A DNA stretch of 36,184 bases from Candidatus Poseidoniales archaeon (lineage in GTDB: Archaea > Thermoplasmatota > Poseidoniia > Poseidoniales > Thalassarchaeaceae). Position 1 is the stretch's first letter. Each line of letters opens with the position of its first letter. The DNA lies in the NCBI GenBank assembly GCA_045568015.1, contig JBJLBW010000018.1, positions 1-36,184 of the forward strand. Reading direction: 5' to 3'. Under the pieces are notes generated by a model. The model worked only from the letters and a program-made list of their open reading frames with translations. It did not search any database and had not been told where the DNA came from. Made by a program: the position numbers and the translations under genes. Positions 26,880-35,602 of this stretch are shown piece after piece.

Positions 26880-28163
26880 TCAGGGCGAGGTGAAGGTCAA
26901 TGTCAATTCAGCAAGTGTAAACAAATCACCGCCCTGATTCATTGGATCGTGGCTTGCGACGAGGAAACTGTCACGGTCGATTGGGGCGATTGTGAGCATT
27001 CTGTGTGGGTCTGTTGTCGTGATATCGTGGCGAATCCACGTCGAGTCCTGTTGTTCAAGAAGGATTACTTGAACCCTTTCAGTTTCTTCAGAAAATTGGC
27101 CTTCGGTTTGCAAACAAATCAGTACCATGTCAAGATCTCCGTCGTTGTCAATATCCGAAATGGCAGTGTCGTAAGCCCCCCAGTTTCGAGTGATGTCATG
27201 GTGGGTGAATTCTCCAGCCCCATTATTTTCCAACCAAGCAACGCCATGCAACTGATTTGGATTGATTTCAGGTGGTGTGTCAAAATCCATTGTATCTCCA
27301 TTGGTGAAGATGATATCATTGTCACCATCTTTGTCCAGATCGGCAATCCGCAGGCCGCTCATTCCATAATATGTTAAATTGGAATCATAGAGTGATTCAG
27401 AGATGAAGTTCCCCTGACCATCATTTCGATACAGCATGATCTCTTCAGCGTCCTGAGATAAGACCGCCACGATGTCTAAGTCTTCATCCCCATCAACATC
27501 CACGGGTATGGCGTGAATGCTTCCTGAGCGGTTATCCAACACGTGTTGAGTCCAATTTCCTTCTTCGTTCTCAAGCCATGAGACTGTCCCTTCATCATGT
27601 CCGAATTCACAGACAGTGAGGTCGATGTCACCGTCGCCGTCGAAATCTCCAGGTTCTGCACAAACTGTACGACCGATTCCTTCGAGGATGGTGGTAGATG
27701 TTTGTGTTCGATAATCGAAGAGGATAACCCGCCCTTGTTTTTCATTGGAAGGATGGAGGATTCCAATGTCAGATACAATCCAAACATTGGTGCCGTTTGC
27801 TCCAAGTGCACCCTCGGATACGCGTACTGGCGCAAATGATGAGTTCTCTGACAAATTGTAGGATTCGGATACTGCCGTGCCCCAGTGTGGACAAGTGGAC
27901 TCGAAAGCACAGGATGGGAGGGTGGCGGTACTGAATATTCCTTCAAGCGGTTCTGTGAAGACAATTACTTGGCCACCCTGATCTTGAATGATACCGATGT
28001 TTGCCACGACCGGAGTGGTGTCAACAACTCCGAACAGGATCGGTGTAATCGTCGCGTTCCACCCGGGTTCCTCTTCAGACACTTCTGAAGTTTCCGAGGC
28101 TAAGCATCCCGACAGGAAAAGACAGAGGCAAATGATTGCGAATGATGTACTGCTCCTTCGCAT
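26880..28163 (-). CDS. FG-GAP/VCBS repeat lipoprotein
   Basis: Start at MRRSSTSFAIICLCLFLSGC (lipobox LSGC). Ca-binding repeats GDFDGDGDIDL, VDVDGDEDLDI, ADLDKDGDNDI and SDIDNDGDLDM. The ORF-track 5' extension to 28397 overlaps the upstream gene and is spurious. Confidence 0.85.
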   Translation of the reverse strand: MRRSSTSFAIICLCLFLSGCLASETSEVSEEEPGWNATITPILFGVVDTTPVVANIGIIQDQGGQVIVFTEPLEGIFSTATLPSCAFESTCPHWGTAVSESYNLSENSSFAPVRVSEGALGANGTNVWIVSDIGILHPSNEKQGRVILFDYRTQTSTTILEGIGRTVCAEPGDFDGDGDIDLTVCEFGHDEGTVSWLENEEGNWTQHVLDNRSGSIHAIPVDVDGDEDLDIVAVLSQDAEEIMLYRNDGQGNFISESLYDSNLTYYGMSGLRIADLDKDGDNDIIFTNGDTMDFDTPPEINPNQLHGVAWLENNGAGEFTHHDITRNWGAYDTAISDIDNDGDLDMVLICLQTEGQFSEETERVQVILLEQQDSTWIRHDITTTDPHRMLTIAPIDRDSFLVASHDPMNQGGDLFTLAELTLTFTSP

Positions 28164-28215
28164 GGGGAGACGGAGTGGCCTTGGCCTCTTATCATTGGCT
28201 ACCACAAAGGCGTAT

Positions 28216-29850
28216 TCAGTTGCGTAGTGGTAGTGTGCCCGGGTATGCGAAAGAGTGGAATGAATGGTGCGATTGTTCATCATCCGTTTCAGGGAAATCT
28301 GTTCGGACATGAGAACCTCGGCTCTCTTTGCGTTCGGCTGCAGAACCCACAGCACTCCTTGCAACATAGACCAAACCTTTCGTTCGCAGCATTGCAACCA
28401 ACTCGGTATTCATGACTGGGCTGGTATCGGAAATAGCCATCTTGGTTTCACTTAGTTCTTGGAGTATTGATTGTGCCTTTTCCAATCCCCCTGCAGATCT
28501 TTCGTGGCCCATGTGTGCCTGCATCGTAGCGGCAAGTTGGGATTGGATATTACCCGTACTTGTGCCATCTGAACCCGCCTCTGCCAAAATCGAATCGTGC
28601 AAGTGATGAGCCTCGGTGAGCATGCCTGAAATTGCGCTGGAGCCAACAAACTTTGATCCGGATGCATGGTTGGCTGCGGTAGCACCTGCAACGGAGCCGC
28701 TTGTCAATGCACCCAGTAGATGGTCGCCACTGTTCATTGATGCACCATGTAAACCGGTGCAAGCGGCATCACCTGCCGCGAAAAGGCCAGGGATAATGTC
28801 CCACTCAAAACTGCAGACGTTTCCTGATGGATTGGTCGGAAGCCCTCCAATCGTCGTGCTGACAATCGGCTTGAGGGGGATGAGTTGTTGGGAGTAGTCA
28901 ATTCCACATCGAGACAACAATGCATCTGCAACATTTGCGAACCAAGGGGCGTCTGTGCGTGAAATAGCGGTCAAATCAAGGGAGCCGCCGCCTGATTTCA
29001 AAATCTCTCGAGCGAGCGCATCCGGCCCGTCATCCATCGAAATCGGTTGGCCATCTGAGCCGTTTACGATACCGCCTGAACCGAGGACATCGAGTGGGAT
29101 CTGTAGATTGGTGTCCGCTACCGTGAGAGGGTGGTATGATGTGAATTCCAAATCCGACAAATAATGGCCTAATTTGAGGAACAAATGAGCGGATGTGCCC
29201 ATCCCGATTCCATCTCCATTCCATGCGCTTTGGAAGCCGGAACCCGCCAATACAACAGCTTTTGATTGAATCGCGAATATTTCCCCCGATTGGATATCCA
29301 GGGCGATGAGGCCGCACACATCGAACCCGTCATCGGAACTTGAGAATCTCGGACCGCCTTTCGTATTATCATGATCTTTGTGAACGATATCAAGAATCTC
29401 GATATCGCCTCTACGGGGGATGTTACGCTTGATGCATTGTTCTTCGAGGATGGTGCGAACTTCGCGAAGTGTCGAATCACCGGTGCTAGCGGTTCGTGGA
29501 TTGGATTGTCCTGGCAATTGACCGAGGTGAGGCGAACCGTTTCGATCCCTTCGAAGGTTGAGACCCCAACGTTCCAATTCGGCCAAATGGGCTACAGCGG
29601 AATTTGTCGATGATGCAACAACATCCGTCTCGCACAAATCGGCACCAACTCTTCGAGTGTCCGCTGCATGTTCAGAGGGATTGGTTTCTCCGGAAGAGGT
29701 TGCCAATCCACAACTCGTGGTGTCATCAACGAATGCAGAAGAGGACGAGGGGGTGAGGACCGTGACCGTTGCACCTTCATCGGATGCTGCGATTGCGGCC
29801 CGCAAAGATGCAATGCTACCACCAACGACGACGACATCCCATGCCTGCAT
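28216..29850 (-). CDS. SdhA/FrdA/NadB-fold flavoprotein homolog with a degenerate active site
   Basis: DVVVVGG..RAAIAA, LERWG, KAVVLAG, DLEF..YHP, GGLPT, PGLFAAGDAAC.GLHGA and RKESRGSHVRTDFPE. Key catalytic residues are substituted (see findings). Confidence 0.85.
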   Translation of the reverse strand: MQAWDVVVVGGSIASLRAAIAASDEGATVTVLTPSSSSAFVDDTTSCGLATSSGETNPSEHAADTRRVGADLCETDVVASSTNSAVAHLAELERWGLNLRRDRNGSPHLGQLPGQSNPRTASTGDSTLREVRTILEEQCIKRNIPRRGDIEILDIVHKDHDNTKGGPRFSSSDDGFDVCGLIALDIQSGEIFAIQSKAVVLAGSGFQSAWNGDGIGMGTSAHLFLKLGHYLSDLEFTSYHPLTVADTNLQIPLDVLGSGGIVNGSDGQPISMDDGPDALAREILKSGGGSLDLTAISRTDAPWFANVADALLSRCGIDYSQQLIPLKPIVSTTIGGLPTNPSGNVCSFEWDIIPGLFAAGDAACTGLHGASMNSGDHLLGALTSGSVAGATAANHASGSKFVGSSAISGMLTEAHHLHDSILAEAGSDGTSTGNIQSQLAATMQAHMGHERSAGGLEKAQSILQELSETKMAISDTSPVMNTELVAMLRTKGLVYVARSAVGSAAERKESRGSHVRTDFPETDDEQSHHSFHSFAYPGTLPLRN

Positions 29851-29930
29851 GATTTCACCGGACAGTCTTGTCCAACTGAGGGGGCATCATAAACGCACCC
29901 CATAGAATGCATCCCAAAACTGTCTCGCAC

Positions 29931-31436
29931 CTACGGTGCGATGAACTTGGAACGGTCCGTGTGAGTCAATGCTTGGTTTTGCCAGCGACGTGCAACCGTC
30001 CGAGCAACACCCATGCGACGGCGGAGAGACTCTCCACCACTTGAGCGGGGGTGTACACGAGTCCAAAGCGTGTCAGAACTGATAGTTTGGCCGTCCACAT
30101 GTCTAATGGTAATTCGAACTGGTCTGCGGCCTTCGATGTTGTCTGCCCAAGCAACACCGAGCCAGAGAACGTGAGCGGCTCCGACCAAATTACTGAGCCA
30201 AGTGACCACATCTTCTTCATCGTTCGACCACATGGGCAATGGATGATCGGGTGGTGTCATCGGAGAGGGGGTTAATCTGAATCTTTGACGCGATGGTTGT
30301 CCATCCGGTACATGAACTTCAAGTTCGATTGGAGTTGATTCCGTACCTAGATTGTTGACCATTATGAACAAGTCTCCGCGGGATTCCCCGCACCGAAGGG
30401 GCAAACTCGCATCCAAACGCCAAGAGTGGCCTGCAATCGAATCGTTGTGAACCATTAGGCCGAATTGTAAACGATCCATTTGACGAAATAAATCACTCTG
30501 CCAGGCACGGGTATGGCCCATCAAACGCGAAAGGGTGGGTAAATCGAGATGTGGGTTTTCCAAGAGAGTCGAGTCGACCTTTTTGGGGCCCACTAACTTC
30601 CCAAACTCTTCAACCAATTGATGATGCGAAAGCATATTTTGTCCGTGTAGATGTACCAGATGAAGAACGTGTTCAATCGATTGATTTGGATTGATCTGTT
30701 GCTTGAAGTTCTCAACTAAACTCGACCTCCATCGTGAAAATCGACTGGCGCTTTCGGGATCGAGATGGGCCGTGAGAATTTCTGTCAGAGGATCCTGTAG
30801 AGTACTCTTGTGCTGGCTTGGGGCGTGATGGACAAGGAATGGTAAGTCGTCGGAATGACTCGGTGTACGTCGCTCAACCAAGATGGAGTGGGCAACCGCG
30901 ATGCTGGCTGCAAGAATACTGCCGACCAACAACAATCCTCGAGTTTCGTCCCCTGGTGGGAATCGATCGGATAGCCAAAGTAGGAACGAGAAGCCCAAGA
31001 GATTGCAAAAGCGCATATGCTCGTGCAATCGCGATTCGGTGAGGGTGTTCAATATGCGCTCGATGCTGCTGTCTTGTTCGTCGCGATTACGCCCTCTCGC
31101 ACCCAGTCTGTCCAAGCCGACCCAAAGAGAGAAATTGCTGGATATGACCGATGGGCCGATGAAAAGAAGAATGATTGCTCCTGAGACATAAGCTGCAATT
31201 GACGGGTTGACTTCCTCCGGAAGTGCCATCACGGCAACCGAGGTGAAAATCGCCACCATGGGGATCAAATGACGGGCAAGGGTGAGGAGCCAGGTATCTG
31301 TCAGTCGACCCCAAAATCTGCGGCCTTTCTCCATGCGATTGAGGCGATTGGCAATCAAATCCTCAAGCCCATCGTCATCGTCAAACGCTTCGCCGTAGGG
31401 CCGAGGGAGAATCACACCGCCATCGTCTCTTGCCAT
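29931..31436 (-). CDS. Hypothetical membrane protein (about 4 N-terminal TM helices, large soluble C-terminal region)
   Basis: 501-aa ORF with four hydrophobic segments. AGGTGA-type spacing is not clear. Divergent from the tRNA. Confidence 0.75.
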   Translation of the reverse strand: MARDDGGVILPRPYGEAFDDDDGLEDLIANRLNRMEKGRRFWGRLTDTWLLTLARHLIPMVAIFTSVAVMALPEEVNPSIAAYVSGAIILLFIGPSVISSNFSLWVGLDRLGARGRNRDEQDSSIERILNTLTESRLHEHMRFCNLLGFSFLLWLSDRFPPGDETRGLLLVGSILAASIAVAHSILVERRTPSHSDDLPFLVHHAPSQHKSTLQDPLTEILTAHLDPESASRFSRWRSSLVENFKQQINPNQSIEHVLHLVHLHGQNMLSHHQLVEEFGKLVGPKKVDSTLLENPHLDLPTLSRLMGHTRAWQSDLFRQMDRLQFGLMVHNDSIAGHSWRLDASLPLRCGESRGDLFIMVNNLGTESTPIELEVHVPDGQPSRQRFRLTPSPMTPPDHPLPMWSNDEEDVVTWLSNLVGAAHVLWLGVAWADNIEGRRPVRITIRHVDGQTISSDTLWTRVHPRSSGGESLRRRMGVARTVARRWQNQALTHTDRSKFIAP

Positions 31437-31526
31437 CGTAACACGGCAGGTGAGTCAGTAATAGGTCATCAGGATGACGCTTGGAGCCGCCGCAACCTCC
31501 TTCAATGTCGGGCAAGAGGAATGTGT

Positions 31527-31600
31527 GGGCGCGTCGCATAGCTGGATATTGCACCGGCCTCCTAAGCCGGGTTCCGTGGGTTCGAATCCTGCCGCGCCCG
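31527..31600 (+). tRNA. tRNA-Arg(CCU), intronless, CCA not encoded
   Basis: Acceptor stem GGGCGCG/CGCGCCC with discriminator G, D-loop AGCTGGATA, anticodon arm CCGGC-CT CCT AA-GCCGG and T-arm GTGGG-TTCGAAT-CCTGC. Confidence 0.96.
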
Positions 31601-31604
31601 CTCA

Positions 31605-32699
31605 TTACCTTCGCCGTCGTGCGCTGGCAAACATGCGATCGTAGTGCCGTCCACGAATTCTGTCAATGGTGTCTCTGGTTGCGTTCAACAAAAGTCCGTC
31701 AGAATCGCCGTGTTCACCGATTCCCCTTTCCAACTCATCTCTCAACGGGTCGAGATGGCGCAAAGCATCGTTGTCGTTGTCGCTGAGGCGGTTGATCATT
31801 TTGATTCGTACATTCGGGCAAATGGGTGCTGAAATCAAGTCGCGAAGTAACCAGTCTCTCTGGTATGCAGGGAAGTTGGGTTCAGTGTCGCAATCGAGTT
31901 CATACAACTTGTCAATTGCGAACGCCAATTCATCACGATCGATTATATCCAATTCACCCAAAGCCCACTTTCGAACGATCATTGACACATCTTGTGCAAT
32001 CATTTGCTCGTAGAAATTTGGCCAAAAATGCCCATCCTGGCCGAGGAGGTTTGGTATTCCAGCTTGGATTAATTGTGATTCTCGTTCGGTTCGTTCTGCA
32101 ACCATCTGAGCACGGCGTTCTCTGTGGGTCCTCTCGAGTTCTAGCATTGCTTGACGGTGAGCTTCCCTCTCCGCCTCCTTGCTCTCTGCAATCTCTGCTT
32201 TCGTAACCGATCTCAAAACTTCTTTACGAATGTCATCCAGTGTATTGATTGCATCGACCATAACGCCGTTATGGAACATCGAAATTACATTTGCCAAATA
32301 ATCGCCTACTGGAAGGTTGCCTGAAAATACACAGGCCACGCGGCTTGTGTAAAAAACCCCAGATGGGGTGGCGGCGAGGGCTCGAATCGAAATGTGCTGG
32401 TCTCTATTGACCGCCATGTAGATTGAGTCGACAACGTTGAGAATCCAAATGACTGTGTGGTCGTTGAATTCATCAACCAATTCAACTCTACCAACATTTG
32501 TTCTAATTCTATGGTCGCTTTCAAGTTCGGAGAGTTGTTCAATAAAGAGTTTCAAACTCTTTTTTGTTGGCTCATCGAGATTCGGCTCAAATGAGGTCTT
32601 CGGAAATATGATGGTTTCAGCGGGATCAAATCGCCGCTCATTGGCCCAATCATCGAAGGTTATGCGACGGGTCACACCATCTGTAGTTGGTCGGTTCAC
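31605..32699 (-). CDS. Hypothetical protein, paralog of 32699-33532, with a coiled-coil insertion
   Basis: 364-aa ORF whose GTG start overlaps the upstream TAG. Shares RRFxPxET, KKSLxLF, GRVxLxDEF, VIWxLNV, HIS, LPxGDYLA and INTL with its neighbour. Confidence 0.8.
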   Translation of the reverse strand: MNRPTTDGVTRRITFDDWANERRFDPAETIIFPKTSFEPNLDEPTKKSLKLFIEQLSELESDHRIRTNVGRVELVDEFNDHTVIWILNVVDSIYMAVNRDQHISIRALAATPSGVFYTSRVACVFSGNLPVGDYLANVISMFHNGVMVDAINTLDDIRKEVLRSVTKAEIAESKEAEREAHRQAMLELERTHRERRAQMVAERTERESQLIQAGIPNLLGQDGHFWPNFYEQMIAQDVSMIVRKWALGELDIIDRDELAFAIDKLYELDCDTEPNFPAYQRDWLLRDLISAPICPNVRIKMINRLSDNDNDALRHLDPLRDELERGIGEHGDSDGLLLNATRDTIDRIRGRHYDRMFASARRRR

Positions 32700-33532
32700 T
32701 AAAACCTGTTCACATCATTTTGCATTCGTTCAATGGCGTAATCAATCGCCCGAAGAAGGCGTTCATCGTCATGTCCTGCTTCTCTTGTCGAGAGGAGCCG
32801 TGCATAGGCTCCCTCACATGTATTGAGTCTCGCCACAATGAATCGTTTGACATCAGGGTCATCGCACTGCTCAAAGATGTCTAGGAATACAAGGTGCAAT
32901 TCATCATGGGTTAGATGTAATTCAAAATCGAGGTCAAGATTGAACAATCGACGGACGATGTATAGGAGATGTTCTTGTTCCAGTGCAAGAGTTGTGGTGA
33001 CCCTTTCTTCATGGTTCGTATCTTGGGCGATTACAGCTTCGTAATATGGTTGCCAATGGACCTCTAGAGGGTCGATCCGGGAATATGTTCTGTTTGGGTA
33101 GGTGACGCGCATGGCAGCTGTTTTGAGTGTGTTGATTTCGGCCATATGCATTCCATTTGAAAATAGTAGCAGAAATTGTGCCAAATAATCTCCAATTGGA
33201 AGTTTTCCCTTTTTCTCAACGCAGACGTTCTTTTCTCTTGTCTGGCCCGATTCAGGCTCTCCTATTGCCGTCAGTGAAATGTGCTTATCTTTACTCATTG
33301 ATTGAAGGATTGAGGATTTGACGTTCAATTGCCATATGACTTGTTTACCTTCGAATTCATCCTTGAGGTCCACCCGGCCCGTTGCGGTACTGAATCTCTC
33401 ATCATCCCGGAAGTCCTCGAGTACCTCTACAAATAATTGGAGGCTCTTCTTGAGAGAATTCGTCACCATTGGGTGGCTCGGAGAGCGCAAAAAAGCGCTC
33501 ACGGTCTCAAGTGGATTGAATCTGCGTGACAC
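32699..33532 (-). CDS. Hypothetical protein, paralog of 31605-32699
   Basis: 277-aa ORF with colinear similarity to the downstream gene. A TATA-like TTCAAATA lies about 25 bp upstream on the minus strand. Confidence 0.8.
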   Translation of the reverse strand: MSRRFNPLETVSAFLRSPSHPMVTNSLKKSLQLFVEVLEDFRDDERFSTATGRVDLKDEFEGKQVIWQLNVKSSILQSMSKDKHISLTAIGEPESGQTREKNVCVEKKGKLPIGDYLAQFLLLFSNGMHMAEINTLKTAAMRVTYPNRTYSRIDPLEVHWQPYYEAVIAQDTNHEERVTTTLALEQEHLLYIVRRLFNLDLDFELHLTHDELHLVFLDIFEQCDDPDVKRFIVARLNTCEGAYARLLSTREAGHDDERLLRAIDYAIERMQNDVNRF

Positions 33533-33576
33533 GGGTGGGATTGCCCCTCAGGGTATTTGAAGGCACGGTTGGAAAC

Positions 33577-34734
33577 TCAACTCATCGCAAGGCCATGTCT
33601 TCGACCTGCTGCTGATACTTGATGCAAGAAATACTCGATTTGGATGCGAGAGTGGATCGTTCTTCTTAGGGATGTGTCGCAATCTGCAAGGGCGTCGAGT
33701 ACCTCGTTCCTGAGTGATGGAGCCAGCATGAGGCGGTTGCCGACGAGTTCCATGTGGACCTGATGGACGATGTCTTCTGCATCGAGCGCGTGTGCACCCA
33801 TCATCTCGTCCAACTGGCCCATCGCACCCTCTAAGGTCTTGATATTACGGCCACCCTTTTTCTCCCATCGCCATTCTATCACGCGCCCTCTAAGAGCGAG
33901 TTCAAGCATTCTGCGAGCATGTTGTAGTGTACTGGCAGACACCACTTCGTAGAGTCTGTTTCGCTCTTCTGTCATTTGGCGACGAGCGAGTAGTTCAATC
34001 GTGAACAAAGCCTTCCGCAAATTCCCAGCAGCAACGTGTGCAATGTCCTCAGCCATTCCTTCTGCCATCGTAACGCCTTCTAACGAGGTGACTTTGCGAA
34101 CGGTTGCGGCAATTTCTTCGGAAGGAATTGGGGGGATTCTGATGTGTTGCATCCGACTTCGAAGTGCGTCGATGATTCGACTTGGTGCACGGGCGGTGAA
34201 GATGAATCGGGTGGTGTGGGATTCCGATTCCATCATCCGGCGGAGATAGGGTTGACGACGAGGCCCAAGGTGGTCTGCATCTTCGATAATGATCAAACGA
34301 CTGACAGGTGCACGGCCAAACTCAATCTGTGTTTCCTCGCCGCAGGGGGCCTCCCCCACATCGCCAGTCCACATGTTGCGATCGAATGCGTCAAGGCTGG
34401 TTCTACTTGCAAGGGTGTCGGATGAACCCAAGCCCGCTGGACGCAAAAATTCCTCAAAGGTTTTCATTGCCCCCGCCTGTCGAGATAAATCTCTGGCCTG
34501 AAGGATGTGACTCGTTGATTTCCATCCTGGACCCAGTACCTGCCGAGCGACAAGTCGCCAAGCCGCGGTTTTCCCGACGCCTGCTGGGCCCGTAATCAAC
34601 AAATGGGGTGGGTCGCCGGTTGAGCTCGCTCTGATGAATTGATCCCGAACGGGTTCGGGCACAGCCAATTCATCAAATCGCTTGGGTGCGTGGGTAGAGA
34701 GCCACGATGCCATCAAAAAGAGCGGGTTTGTCAC
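33577..34734 (-). CDS. Replication factor C small subunit-like AAA+ ATPase (divergent)
   Basis: WLSTHAPKRFDEL (cf. WxEKYRPxxLxE), PHLLITGPAGVGKT, IIIEDADHL..Q..LRRMME, RFIF..SRIIDALRSR and GNLRKA. Start may be the ATG at 34713. Confidence 0.85.
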   Translation of the reverse strand: MTNPLFLMASWLSTHAPKRFDELAVPEPVRDQFIRASSTGDPPHLLITGPAGVGKTAAWRLVARQVLGPGWKSTSHILQARDLSRQAGAMKTFEEFLRPAGLGSSDTLASRTSLDAFDRNMWTGDVGEAPCGEETQIEFGRAPVSRLIIIEDADHLGPRRQPYLRRMMESESHTTRFIFTARAPSRIIDALRSRMQHIRIPPIPSEEIAATVRKVTSLEGVTMAEGMAEDIAHVAAGNLRKALFTIELLARRQMTEERNRLYEVVSASTLQHARRMLELALRGRVIEWRWEKKGGRNIKTLEGAMGQLDEMMGAHALDAEDIVHQVHMELVGNRLMLAPSLRNEVLDALADCDTSLRRTIHSRIQIEYFLHQVSAAGRRHGLAMS

Positions 34735-34753
34735 AGTCTTTCAACAAGACGTT

Positions 34754-34900
34754 TCAAATTGCATCGAGGGTTTTGTGACCCTGACGTCGTGGCTTGACAA
34801 AAATACGGAAGCCGCACGCCTTGCATGCGATTCCCGTTCGTGTGTGTTGGTGCTCATCGGTGTGACCGCAGCGCAGACACTTGTAGGTAACAGTAGCCAT
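34754..34900 (-). CDS. rpoP: DNA-directed RNA polymerase subunit P (Rpo12/RpoP), 48 aa, absent from the ORF track
   Basis: Hand translation gives MATVTYKCLRCGHTDEHQHTRTGIACKACGFRIFVKPRRQGHKTLDAI*, a YxCxxCG...IxCxxCGFRIxxKPR zinc ribbon signature. Confidence 0.85.
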   Translation of the reverse strand: MATVTYKCLRCGHTDEHQHTRTGIACKACGFRIFVKPRRQGHKTLDAI

Positions 34901-34967
34901 CGAATTCGCCGACCTACCCCTCCCATTTGAAGCCGTCGCCTATTGAGATGTGGGAAAAACGGCTGAA

Positions 34968-35561
34968 TCACTGCGTATCGCGCGATTCGCGACATACTTC
35001 AATGAAATTTTGGAACATGTTTTGGCCATATTCTGAGTCATTTACTTCGGGATGAAATTGTAAACCAAAGCGATCCCCTGATTCGTTCTCCATTCCTTGA
35101 ACTTCACACGATTTGCTGCTCGCGGTAATGAAGAAGCCCTCTGGAAGTTCGTCGACTTCGTCGTTGTGTGACTCCCACACAATCTGCTCTTCCGGAGTAT
35201 CTGCGAAAATTTTACCTCCGCCGTTCAAGAGTGTGATGTTAGCAGCACCAAATTCTGGTTCGGGAGCTTCTGCTGCACTCCCGCCGTAAAACCCAGCCAT
35301 GAATTGATGCCCAGCACAAATCCCCAAGATTGGGATCTCGAGTTCGAGGTATGCTCCACAGTTTCCAAGTTCACCGGTAAGGCCAACTCTTGCAGCACCC
35401 CCCGAGAGAATCAATCCATCGAGTTCTCGAAGTTCAGAAACCGGAGTCATATTGTTGATGATTTTGGTGTCAACACCGAGATAGCGCAGCATGCGCCATT
35501 CACGATGCGTCCATTGGCCGCCATTGTCGACGACATCAATCACCAACGGAGCATCACTCAT
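34968..35561 (-). CDS. guaAA: GMP synthase subunit A (glutamine amidotransferase class I)
   Basis: VVDNGGQWTHREWRMLRYLGV, GLILSGG, nucleophile GICAGHQ, WESHNDEV and GLQFHPEV triad. ATG at 35561 preferred. Confidence 0.93.
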   Translation of the reverse strand: MSDAPLVIDVVDNGGQWTHREWRMLRYLGVDTKIINNMTPVSELRELDGLILSGGAARVGLTGELGNCGAYLELEIPILGICAGHQFMAGFYGGSAAEAPEPEFGAANITLLNGGGKIFADTPEEQIVWESHNDEVDELPEGFFITASSKSCEVQGMENESGDRFGLQFHPEVNDSEYGQNMFQNFIEVCRESRDTQ

Positions 35562-35602
35562 TGATGTGTGGCGAGGTTGACGCTCAATCAAGGTGGCGGA
35601 AC

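Noticed and set aside
28164-28397. 78-aa N-terminal extension of the FG-GAP ORF
   Set aside because: It overlaps the SdhA-like gene 3' end, and the lipoprotein signal peptide defines the real start at 28163.
31527-33576. Integrated element (provirus or island) at tRNA-Arg
   Set aside because: No integrase, and I found no duplicated tRNA 3' end (att site) near 33532-33577 or elsewhere by eye. Only the position is suggestive.
34741-34995. 84-aa minus-strand ORF and 82-aa plus-strand ORF in the guaAA-rfc gap
   Set aside because: Both are shadows of the real 48-aa rpoP in a different frame.
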